From the NCBI RefSeq assembly GCF_003010495.1, contig NZ_CP027570.1, forward strand, positions 1,020,001-1,052,000: DNA of 32,000 nucleotides, in the 5' to 3' direction. A program made the translations under genes and the position numbers. Below, one piece after another: positions 8,776-17,118 of this stretch (positions are counted from its first letter, which is position 1; each line of letters begins with the position of its first letter). The notes beneath the pieces are model-generated. The model ran no database searches. It was not told the DNA's origin and saw only the letters and a list, made by a program, of their open reading frames with translations. Origin of the DNA: Megasphaera elsdenii DSM 20460. GTDB taxonomy: Bacteria > Bacillota > Negativicutes > Veillonellales > Megasphaeraceae.

Positions 8776-10052
8776 CATACAGACAGCGTGCCAATACGAT
8801 TTTAGGCCTGTCCTTCGTCTGCTTCATCGCCATTTTCCTCTGGTGGTATACACATGATGTCTCGGTTTGGGAAGAATTGCTGTTCTTCGTCATCCAATCG
8901 GCCCTCATCGGCAGTATCGCCGACTGGTTCGCCGTTACAGCACTCTTTGAAAAACCACTGGGTTTCCCGTATCATACGGAACTGCTCTATCGTCACCGCG
9001 ATGAAATCATCGACAGCATGACGAAAATCATTTCGGAAAAACTGCTCCAGCCCAATATGTGGCAGGATAAGCTCTATCAGATTTCTTTCATCGACAAGCT
9101 CGTCGGCTGGCTGCGCGGCCCGAACGGCCGGGAAAAGTTCCGCAGTGTCCTCTATGAAGTGGCGCAGCGGGCTTACCGCTATGCCCAGAAGGGCGGCACA
9201 CAGGCGTCCATTGCCTCGCATATCCGCAAGTACTTGAAACAGCAGCCTCTGGTCAGCTTTTTCCAGGACCGCCTCATTTCCCTCCTGGAAGATCCGAACA
9301 GCCACATGTTCAACGATGCCATCGGCCTCGTGCGGGAACTGGTCAACAGTGACGACTTCGACAGCCTTTTGGAAAAGCTTATCATCCAGTGGCGTGAAGA
9401 ATCACAACATTCGTCCATGTCCAGCCTCACCCTGACCAAGGTCCTGGGCATCGTCGACACCCACAAAATTGCCCGCGATATCAAGCTGGGCATCGTCGAA
9501 TGGCTCGACCAGTGGGAACAGGCTGAAGGGGAACAGCGCGAATGGCTGTGCCGCAAGTTGGAACTCTTCCTCTACTCCATGAACGGTCAGCTGGTCTTTG
9601 GCGTCCAGAACTGGCAGGACCAGTTCGTCGACTCCCTGCCTATCGAGCAGTGGCTGACGGCGACGCAAAATTCGGCCAAGGATTATTTCACCAAAGGCGA
9701 CCAGGGCAAGGAAGAGCTGAAGGACTTGCTGGAAGAACAGTTCATCCATTACCTGGAATACTGCCGGTCCTACCCGGAAATCAAGGATTGGCTCGATGAA
9801 CAGATACGCCGTGCCTGCAACGTCATCCTGGAACATGAACATTCCCTTATCGCCGTCGCCGTCCGCGACGTCCTGTCCAGTTTCGACAAGAAACGGTTCA
9901 ATCAGTTCCTGGAAAGCAAGGTCGGTGAAGACCTGGCCTGGATCCGTATCAACGGTGCCATCGTCGGGGCTTCCATCGGGATCTGCGTCTTCGGCTTTTT
10001 GAAATTATATCAGTTCACGATCGTGCCGCTCCTGCGGGGCATCGTGCTGTAG
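8772..10052 (+). CDS. DUF445 family membrane protein (paralog 2)
   Basis: 426 aa with the same architecture: GSIADWFAVTALFEKPLG and a C-terminal RINGAIVGASIG. ATGA start/stop overlap with paralog 1. Confidence 0.7.
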   Translation: MTYRQRANTILGLSFVCFIAIFLWWYTHDVSVWEELLFFVIQSALIGSIADWFAVTALFEKPLGFPYHTELLYRHRDEIIDSMTKIISEKLLQPNMWQDKLYQISFIDKLVGWLRGPNGREKFRSVLYEVAQRAYRYAQKGGTQASIASHIRKYLKQQPLVSFFQDRLISLLEDPNSHMFNDAIGLVRELVNSDDFDSLLEKLIIQWREESQHSSMSSLTLTKVLGIVDTHKIARDIKLGIVEWLDQWEQAEGEQREWLCRKLELFLYSMNGQLVFGVQNWQDQFVDSLPIEQWLTATQNSAKDYFTKGDQGKEELKDLLEEQFIHYLEYCRSYPEIKDWLDEQIRRACNVILEHEHSLIAVAVRDVLSSFDKKRFNQFLESKVGEDLAWIRINGAIVGASIGICVFGFLKLYQFTIVPLLRGIVL

Positions 10053-10061
10053 TGTGGGGAA

Positions 10062-10108
10062 GGGATTGTCGCACGAAGGCTTTTGCCGTCATGCACAATC
10101 CCTTTTTT
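10062..10108 (+). terminator. Rho-independent terminator after the DUF445 pair
   Basis: GGGATTGT...ACAATCCC outer stem with an inner imperfect stem, followed by TTTTTT. Confidence 0.7.
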
Positions 10109-10374
10109 CACGTGGTTTGCCGTGGTTCGTGATTTGTTTGCCGTGAAGGTTTAAATTTTTTAATAATCTGCTGTATGAAAATATCATTTTTCTTGCAGCT
10201 GTGAGAGTTTTCGGCAAACGAACCACGCCAAACGAACCACAAAAGGGGATCGCACGTGGCGAGCCCGTTCACGCCAATCGGTGATAACGGGATTCATGCA
10301 TATGCTGGCGGACGCCATTACACGTCAAAAATGCGCTGTTTCGTGACATATCGGACGGCTTGAGGCAAATGTGA

Positions 10375-10383
10375 TGATATAAT
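10375..10383 (+). promoter_or_regulatory. Candidate extended -10 (TGaTATAAT) for the response-regulator operon
   Basis: TGATATAAT lies 38 nt upstream of ATG 10421. The -35 is poor. Confidence 0.35.
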
Positions 10384-10420
10384 AGACTTGTAGAACACTC
10401 GTTTATTGAAAGGAGGCGTC

Positions 10421-11155
10421 ATGATGGTACGAATTGCGATTTGTGATGATTTACGGGAACAATTGGAACTTATCCGGAAGGCAGTTCAGCTGTATTTCCA
10501 GGATAAACGAGAACCGATAGAGGTTTTTACTTATGAGAACGCCATGGATTTCGTCGATGCTTTTGAAAAAAAGGGGAATTTCGACATTGTTCTGCTGGAT
10601 ATCTGTATGCCCGGCTTGTTGGGGACGGATATTGCTGCAGAGATGCGGAAGCAAAAGAGCCGCGCAGAAATCGTCTTTTTATCGACGAGCGAAGAATTTG
10701 CTGTCGAAGCCTTTGCCGTCCGGGCTGCCCACTACCTGGTCAAGCCCTTTACACAGGAGGCCTTTGCGCAAGCCATGGACCGGGTCATGGACAGCCTCCG
10801 CCAGCGCCACAGCGGCAAGATGGTGTTCCGCCTCGTCGGCGGCGGCATCCAAGTGGAAGAAATCAATGCCATCCTCTATATCGAAAGCGAAGGCCATATC
10901 CAGAAAGTCTATACGGCGGACCATTCCGTCCTGGAAACGCGGCAGCCCTTGGCCGCCATCCTGGATATGCTGGAATCCATGGCACCGGGCCAGTTCGTAT
11001 CGCCCGGGAAAGGCTACGTCGTCAATCAGTCGGCGATTCGCCTCATCAAGAGCGAATATATCGAGATCCAGGGGCATAAGATTCCCTTAGCCAAGCGGAA
11101 ATACCGCCAGTTCCAAGAATCGTATCTTAAATTTATCTTCGGGCAGGATGCCTGA
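10421..11155 (+). CDS. LytTR-family two-component response regulator
   Basis: The receiver domain has intact acidic pocket and phospho-site candidates (ICDD, LLDICMPG, FLSTS, YLVKPF). The C-terminal LytTR-type domain shows ILYIES...HSV...L. ATG 10421 sits 7-8 nt after AAAGGAGG; the track's TTG 10406 extension is unlikely. Confidence 0.8.
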   Translation: MMVRIAICDDLREQLELIRKAVQLYFQDKREPIEVFTYENAMDFVDAFEKKGNFDIVLLDICMPGLLGTDIAAEMRKQKSRAEIVFLSTSEEFAVEAFAVRAAHYLVKPFTQEAFAQAMDRVMDSLRQRHSGKMVFRLVGGGIQVEEINAILYIESEGHIQKVYTADHSVLETRQPLAAILDMLESMAPGQFVSPGKGYVVNQSAIRLIKSEYIEIQGHKIPLAKRKYRQFQESYLKFIFGQDA

Positions 11156-11169
11156 GAAAGAAGTGAGTC

Positions 11170-12561
11170 ATGGAGTATAATCAGGTAACGCCGGAAGTCG
11201 TAGCGGCTTTGCAGCAGATTGTCGGTGAGAAATATGTCTGGACCGAAAGGGATAAACGGATTCCCTACGGTCAGGATGAAGGGACGGGCCAGCCTTGTCT
11301 GCCCGATGTCGTCGTCTTGCCGGCGACGACAGAAGAACTGGCGGCCGTAGTCCGCCTGGCCAATGACGTTGTCATCCCCCTCATTCCCAGGGGGACCGGG
11401 ACGGGCCTGGAAGGCGGTGCCGTTGCCGATAGCCGCGGCGGCATCATGGTCAGTACGGAACGGATGGACCGCATCTTGGAAATCAATGAAGACGCCATGT
11501 ATATGACTGTCGAAGCCGGTGTCATTACGGCTGTCATCCAGGAAGAAGCCCGCAAGCGGGGACTGCTCTATGCCGGCGACCCTTGCAGCGGCGACTGCTG
11601 CTGTATCGGCGGCAACGGGGCGACCAATGCCGGCGGCAACCGGGCCGTCAAATACGGGACGACGCGGGATCAAATCTATGCCATTGAAGTCGTCACGCCG
11701 ACAGGGAAAATCGCCCATCTCGGCAAGCGCCTGCACAAGATGACTGCCGGTTATCCTTTGGAAAAAATCGTCATCGGTTCCGAAGGGACGCTGGGCATCA
11801 TCACCAAGCTGACGCTGAGACTCGTGCCTTTGCCGCCGTGCACGGCCAATCTCCTGGCTGTCTTCCCGGCGCCTGCAAAGGCCCTTTCCCTGGTCACGGC
11901 CCTGCCGAAAGCCGGTATCACGCCGACGTGCCTGGAATTTATGGATTATGACGTCATCGCCGTCGTCCAGGACTGGCTCAAGGAAAAGCAGCCCTGTCCA
12001 GAGGGCGGCGCCTATATGATTATCCAGCTCGATGGCAAGAACGAAGATACCCTCGATGAAGACTGCGTCACGGCTGATGAACTCTGCCGCAGCCTCGGTG
12101 CCGTGGAAGTCTTCATGGCCGATGCCGACAAGGTCTGGAAGGCGAGAAAGGCCTTTACGGAAGCGTCGGCAGCGGAATGCCCGGTAGCGGCCATGGAAGA
12201 TTTTGTCGTGCCGCCGGATAAGCTGGAAGACCTTCTGCAGTCGCTGAAAGCTATCGGCGCGCAGACGGGCGTCGTCTTCCGTGGCGTCAGCCACGCCGGC
12301 GACGGCAATATCCACCTCGACGTCCTGCGCCGGGGCTTTGCCGACGAAGCCGATGAAAAGGCAAAAATCACAGCTTTCGAAGACCAGGCCTGCGCGGCTG
12401 TCTACGAAATGGGCGGCGCCATCTCCGGTGAACACGGCATCGGCCAGTCCCGCAAAGCCCTCTTCGCCAAATACACAGACCCCGTGGCCCTGGAATTGAT
12501 GAAGGCCCTGAAAAAAGCTTGGGATCCTAAATGTATCTTGAATCCTGGGAAATTGTTCTAA
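11170..12561 (+). CDS. FAD-linked oxidase (GlcD / D-lactate dehydrogenase family)
   Basis: 463 aa. FAD_binding_4-type N-terminus (PRGTGTGLEGGAV, GVITxxIQEEA) and a C-terminal GGAISGEHGIG and DPKxILNPGK motif typical of GlcD/D-LDH. Confidence 0.8.
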   Translation: MEYNQVTPEVVAALQQIVGEKYVWTERDKRIPYGQDEGTGQPCLPDVVVLPATTEELAAVVRLANDVVIPLIPRGTGTGLEGGAVADSRGGIMVSTERMDRILEINEDAMYMTVEAGVITAVIQEEARKRGLLYAGDPCSGDCCCIGGNGATNAGGNRAVKYGTTRDQIYAIEVVTPTGKIAHLGKRLHKMTAGYPLEKIVIGSEGTLGIITKLTLRLVPLPPCTANLLAVFPAPAKALSLVTALPKAGITPTCLEFMDYDVIAVVQDWLKEKQPCPEGGAYMIIQLDGKNEDTLDEDCVTADELCRSLGAVEVFMADADKVWKARKAFTEASAAECPVAAMEDFVVPPDKLEDLLQSLKAIGAQTGVVFRGVSHAGDGNIHLDVLRRGFADEADEKAKITAFEDQACAAVYEMGGAISGEHGIGQSRKALFAKYTDPVALELMKALKKAWDPKCILNPGKLF

Positions 12562-12604
12562 AAATGAAAAAGCCCAACATAAATGCATGTAGGAGGGAAA
12601 TCAA

Positions 12605-13504
12605 ATGGAATATATTTGTAATGACTGTCCGCGCCAGTGCGGCGTCGTGCGGGCAGAAGTGCGGCAGGAAGGACAGGTACTGCCCGGTTTTTGCCACAGT
12701 CCGCTCCAGCCTGTTGTGGCCCGGGCGGCCCTGCATGAGTGGGAAGAGCCGTGCATCAGCGGTTCCCGCGGTTCGGGAGCCGTCTTTTTTACAGGCTGCA
12801 ATCTGCGCTGCTGTTTTTGCCAGAATACGACGATTTCCATGGGCGGTACGGGCGTGCCGATTACGGCGGCGCGCCTGCGGGATATCTACGGCGAGCTCAT
12901 CGAAAAGGGCGCCCATAACATCAACCTCGTCACGCCGACGCCGTACAAGAAGGCCATCCTCGAAAGTCTGGCAGAGCCCCTGACCGTGCCTGTTGTCTAC
13001 AACTGCGGCGGCTATGAAACGACAGCGACCATCGACGCTTTCAAGGGCAAGGTCCAGATTTATCTGCCCGATTTGAAATACCTCGATCCGGCCCTGGCTA
13101 AGCGCTACAGTGCGGCTGAAGATTATCCCCAGGTCGCAGCGGAAGCCATCCTTCATATGTACGACCAGATTGGCCCTTACGAACTGGACGATGACGGCCT
13201 CCTCCAGAAGGGCGTCGTCATCCGTCACCTCATTTTACCGGGCTGCCTGGACAATACAAAAGCCGTCATCGACTGGGTGCGGGACCACTTCGATGACGGC
13301 CAGGTCTTATTCAGTTTAATGCGCCAGTACGTGCCCTGCGGTCGGGCTGCGGACTATCCGGAGATCAATCGGCGCCTGACGGACGAAGAATACGACGAAG
13401 CGGAACAGTACCTCTTCGACAGCGGCATCGAAGACGGCTTCGTCCAGGAAAAAGACAGCGCCAGCGAAGCTTTCATCCCCGCCTTCGACGGGACGGGGGT
13501 GTAG
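12605..13504 (+). CDS. Radical SAM protein, PflX-like (homolog of pyruvate formate-lyase activase)
   Basis: CNLRCCFCQN (CxxxCxxC) preceded by an N-terminal Cys cluster CNDCPRQC...FC. 299 aa. SD AGGAGGG. Confidence 0.7.
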   Translation: MEYICNDCPRQCGVVRAEVRQEGQVLPGFCHSPLQPVVARAALHEWEEPCISGSRGSGAVFFTGCNLRCCFCQNTTISMGGTGVPITAARLRDIYGELIEKGAHNINLVTPTPYKKAILESLAEPLTVPVVYNCGGYETTATIDAFKGKVQIYLPDLKYLDPALAKRYSAAEDYPQVAAEAILHMYDQIGPYELDDDGLLQKGVVIRHLILPGCLDNTKAVIDWVRDHFDDGQVLFSLMRQYVPCGRAADYPEINRRLTDEEYDEAEQYLFDSGIEDGFVQEKDSASEAFIPAFDGTGV

Positions 13505-13694
13505 GCGTTTTGTAGTTCGTTTGGCGTTCGTCGTTCGTCGAAATTTCGCGCAAATACAGGATGAGGCTATTCACGAGATTCGCGCGGGCGCCCCACACGG
13601 TCGCCCCTACAAAAATCAAACCTTCACGACAAACGATGAACGACCCACGACAAACGACATGATAAAATGGATTGCCCGATGGCAGAGAAATTTT

Positions 13695-15044
13695 TCATGC
13701 TGCGCCGCCCCAGGGGACGCGGATGTACGTAGAGAACCAGCCGTCTTCACAGGTACAAAGGACGCTGGCATCATAAGTGTCGCGGAAGTGGCCCAGCGAT
13801 TTCATGCCGATGCCGTGCCCTTTGGCCTGTGTCGTCGGCAGACCGTCTTCATCGAAGGTTACGGTCCCGTCGAAGCGGTTCTTGACCCAGATGTTGAGGA
13901 CATCGCCTTGGCAGAGGGTAAGCAAGGATAGGGCGCGGTGGCTGTCAGGCTGCTTTTCGCTGGCATGGATGGCGTTTTCGATGAGGTTCGACAAGACGAT
14001 GGCAAGGTCGGAGCTGAGGGCTGCGTTTTCCTTGGGGATGACGGCTTTGACCGTAATGGGAATGTGCAGGGCTTCTGCCTTGGCCAGATACGTCGACAAG
14101 GCAGCGTTGACCAAGGGATTCTGACAATATTGTTTTCGCTTGGTCTGATCCAACTGGGTGCCGATTTCCTTGATGAACTGCAGGGCTTCTTGGGGCTGGT
14201 GGGATGAAATGAGCCCTTCCAATTTATCCAGGTAGGCTTTGCGGCTATCGTAGAAGGCCTTTAATTGATCTTGCGAATTAAGCAGGGAATGAGTGTAGTC
14301 GCGGCTGGCCTCAATCTGGGCGGTCATATTCTCTACGCGTTCATACATCTTCAAGGTTCGGTCTGCCTGCCGGAGGCCGACACGGATACTGACGGCGATG
14401 ATGATCAGGGCCAGGAGGAGAATCATCCTGAGCAGGAGCATCTGGTCCATGATGAGGTCCTCCGTATGGGCCAGGATGAAGTACATGTCCAGCAGCAGGA
14501 ACAGCGGCAGCATGCTGATATATTTCCAGTATTTGTGAGTCGTCAAATAGCGATATTTTACGAAGACTTCGTTGAAATATTGGCGCAGGACCGGAAGCAG
14601 GGCCAGGTAGCAGAGAATATAGAACAGCCATTGCGCCGGGTATATCAGGGATGGCAGGATGGGACGGCTGCCCGGGTCGTGGAACAGGGCCAGGAGAATC
14701 AAGGCAGACAGGGTATGGATGAGAATGGTGCAGGCCGCACGGATGGAAAAGACGTAGAGATGGCGGAATAAATAGGGCCGGATGGTTGCGATAGCCCAGA
14801 GAAAGTGGGGAATCCAGGCGACGACGAAAATCTTTTTGTATAGGGTGAAGCTGTGGTCCCAGGGCCCCCAGATGAACATGTAGAGGAAGAAGAGGAGCTC
14901 GATGAGATACAGGGTGGCATATCCGCCCAGGACGCGGATTTTCTGCGTCTGGGACAGCAAGGGCTCAAAGGCATAATATTGGAGCATGGCTGGCGGCATG
15001 AGAGCCGTCGTCATCAGGAAAACAGTAAGAATATTGTAAAGCAT
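13695..15044 (-). CDS. AgrC-like (HPK10-type) membrane sensor kinase. The ATPase domain is intact but the canonical H-box His is not seen.
   Basis: 449 aa with about 6-7 N-terminal TM segments. N-box SNLIENAIHAS and G-box KGHGIGMKSL are present. The position expected for F(R/K)HDxxN reads FYDSRKAYL. Confidence 0.7.
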   Translation of the reverse strand: MLYNILTVFLMTTALMPPAMLQYYAFEPLLSQTQKIRVLGGYATLYLIELLFFLYMFIWGPWDHSFTLYKKIFVVAWIPHFLWAIATIRPYLFRHLYVFSIRAACTILIHTLSALILLALFHDPGSRPILPSLIYPAQWLFYILCYLALLPVLRQYFNEVFVKYRYLTTHKYWKYISMLPLFLLLDMYFILAHTEDLIMDQMLLLRMILLLALIIIAVSIRVGLRQADRTLKMYERVENMTAQIEASRDYTHSLLNSQDQLKAFYDSRKAYLDKLEGLISSHQPQEALQFIKEIGTQLDQTKRKQYCQNPLVNAALSTYLAKAEALHIPITVKAVIPKENAALSSDLAIVLSNLIENAIHASEKQPDSHRALSLLTLCQGDVLNIWVKNRFDGTVTFDEDGLPTTQAKGHGIGMKSLGHFRDTYDASVLCTCEDGWFSTYIRVPWGGAA

Positions 15045-15050
15045 GGCAGA

Positions 15051-16375
15051 TCACTTCCCATCCATTTGATAGGGTATCGTTATGTACAGGCTGGCCAGGT
15101 GTTCATGGAGGTCATAACGGAAGGTAGCCTCATAGGTCAGGGAAAAGGCATTGAGGTCCGGAACGAGCTGACCATACAGTTCTTCCCGGAGAAGGTCTGG
15201 CTTATTGTCGGGGATTTCCGGAGGTACTTGGTGTTTGACGTACACCAGCAGTCCCTGGTGTATCGGCGTAGCGCCGATGATGAGCAGGCGCTGGTCTTTG
15301 GGCAGGGATAAGAGAATCTGGGCCGATAGGTTGAGGGCTTTAGCCAGGATATGGCCCAAGTCTATTTCAAACGGCAGAGACTGGGGGAAGGGCAGGTCGG
15401 CTATGATCTTTGCGCCGGCAATCTTCAGCTTTTCCAGGCCCGGTGTGACCGCCGTGTTGATGGCTTTATTTTTCGTCCACTGCTGCAGCTGGGTCTGGGC
15501 GAGTTCTGTATCGATACTTTTTAAAAAGGCCAGTGCCGCCTTCTCATCTCCCTGGCCAATGAGTTCCGAAAGCAGCCGCAGCTGGTGGCGGCTGTCGTGG
15601 CGGAAGATGGACATGCGCTTCTGGGCGTCCTGCAAGAGACTCGTATAATTGCTCAAGGCATCCATCTGGGCGGCCAGTAAATGGTTCTTGCGCTGCAAGT
15701 CGACCTGATGGGCAATGAGTTTCATCCCCTTGTAGATGATGATGGCGATGAATAGGCCCGCTAAGATATGGAAGACGCGGGGAATGAGGTATTCATGGGC
15801 CAGCGGCCCGTCTTTGAGGGACAAGGCGCCAGTGTACATGCTCAGCAAGATGGGAAGCCAGGCGGCATATTTCCAAAAGGCGAGTAATGGGAGCGAACGG
15901 TATTTCAGGAATTGCGGTCGAAGAAAATCAGCAGCAAGGGGGAAAAAAGGACATATAAGGCTGTGTACAGTATCAGATAAATGGGCAGATGGGCAAAGAA
16001 AGCGCTGCGTGGAATGACGAGCAGCGTCAGATTCATCAATACGGCGTGAATAGTCGTCGTGTAGATGCCCTGCATGCCGGCGACAAACAGGTTCTGATAG
16101 GCATAGGGACGGGAAATCAAGGAAAAAGCCAGAAAATAAGGAATCCAGTAAGACAGGAGGAGCTTCTTGTACGATAAGAAGCGGAATTCCAGCCAGCCTG
16201 TTTGGAAAAAGGCCAGGAAAAGGACGATTTCAGCTACGAAGATAGCTGCGTAACTGCGCCACACACGGCTTTTTTGCGGCTCCTGCAAAATCGGCCGGAA
16301 AGCGAGGTATTGTATACACGTCGGCGGTAAAATGGATAATAAAAAAGAAGCCGTCGTCAATACGATAGCTGACAT
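15051..16375 (-). pseudogene. Paralogous AgrC-like sensor kinase split by a 1-nt frame break. The H-box is present and the ATPase domain looks degenerate.
   Basis: The N-terminal part (16375..15905, MSAIVLTT...FFDRNS*) aligns to the kinase 1 TM region. The +1 frame continues FLKYRSLPLLAFWKY..., matching kinase 1 FVKYRYLTTHKYWKY. The C-part carries IFRHDSRHQL but no GxGxG. SD GGAAAGGAAGTGAGG lies before ATG 16375. Confidence 0.6.
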
Positions 16376-16394
16376 GCGCCTCACTTCCTTTCCA

Positions 16395-16440
16395 TTTTCA
16401 TCAAATATGCGATATCTTATTATAGCATATTTGATGAAAA
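16395..16440. repeat. Perfect 16-bp inverted repeat with a 14-nt spacer, 20 bp upstream of the kinase-2 start
   Basis: TTTTCATCAAATATGC-(14 nt)-GCATATTTGATGAAAA. The spacer reads TATAAT on the minus strand. Confidence 0.9.
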
Positions 16441-16485
16441 TGGCGCATGGGTGTTTCTGGTAAGGTGCATTATAATTTGTAGTTT

Positions 16486-16576
16486 GTAGGGGCTCGCACG
16501 TGGCGAGCCCGCCGGTCATATGTAAGAATCCCGTGGCCGATTTGTGTGGACGGGCGCCCCACGTGGGCGCCCCTAC
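16486..16576. repeat. Two GC-rich REP-like palindromic units (GTAGGGGCTCGCACGTGGCGAGCCC and GGGCGCCCCACGTGGGCGCCCCTAC)
   Basis: Each unit is self-complementary around CACGTG. Related units occur at 10244-10266, 13585-13610, 22902-22916, 30378-30406, 30419-30449 and 31270-31296. Confidence 0.85.
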
Positions 16577-16577
16577 G

Positions 16578-16614
16578 GAAAAAAGAGGCGCCGCAGATGC
16601 GGCAGCCTCTTTTT
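16578..16614 (-). terminator. Rho-independent terminator of the ilv operon (bidirectional shape)
   Basis: Hairpin GAGGCTGCCGC-ATCT-GCGGCGCCTC on the minus strand, flanked by A- and T-runs, directly after the ilvN stop. Confidence 0.8.
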
Positions 16615-17118
16615 TCACATCGCCTTGACGGGGACGAGTCCTCGTGAGAGGGAAATGGTCCCGGTCCGGGCGATTTCTAATATTTCATAAGGAGTCAAGA
16701 CATTGATGAGGGCATTGACGTGGTCTTCGCGCCCTGTGACGCGGAGGATGAGTGAATTTAGGTTTACGTCGACGACTTTGGCGTGGAACAGATTGGCCAG
16801 GCTCGCCAGTTCGTCGCGGACCTGCGGCGTATCATAACGGACCTTGATCATGGCCAGTTCGTAGCTGATGAAGGGTGCTTCATCGAGGTTGATGATCTTG
16901 ATGACGTCGATGAGCTTGGCCAGCTGGCTGATGGTCTGCTTCAATTCTTTGTCGTCTTCGATGCTGATGACGATGTTGAAGCGTGACACATCCGGTTCTT
17001 CCGTATAACCGACGGTCAACGATTCGATGTTGATGGCCTTACGGCTGATCAGGCCGGCAATATGTGTCAATACGCCCGGTTTGTTGTCGGACAAAATAGC
17101 CAGATGCTGTTTCCTCAT
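16615..17118 (-). CDS. ilvN: Acetolactate synthase small (regulatory) subunit
   Basis: 167 aa. The ACT-domain N-terminus LSDNKPGVLTHIAGLISRKAINIESLTVG is typical of IlvH/IlvN. The start overlaps the ilvB stop (ATGA). Confidence 0.85.
   Translation of the reverse strand: MRKQHLAILSDNKPGVLTHIAGLISRKAINIESLTVGYTEEPDVSRFNIVISIEDDKELKQTISQLAKLIDVIKIINLDEAPFISYELAMIKVRYDTPQVRDELASLANLFHAKVVDVNLNSLILRVTGREDHVNALINVLTPYEILEIARTGTISLSRGLVPVKAM

Noticed and set aside
13521-13931. 136-aa plus-strand ORF spanning the intergenic repeats and the 3' end of kinase 1.
   Set aside because: The first half is translated repeat DNA and the second half is antisense to the kinase ATPase domain. It has no SD.
16440-16463. 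Tiny ORF MAHGCFW next to the AgrC-like kinases, considered as a possible AgrD-like autoinducing peptide.
   Set aside because: It has no SD, no AgrB-like processing gene and no amphipathic leader or charged tail. The Cys is not five residues from a C-terminal cleavage site. It overlaps the palindrome arm, so it is most likely a chance ORF.
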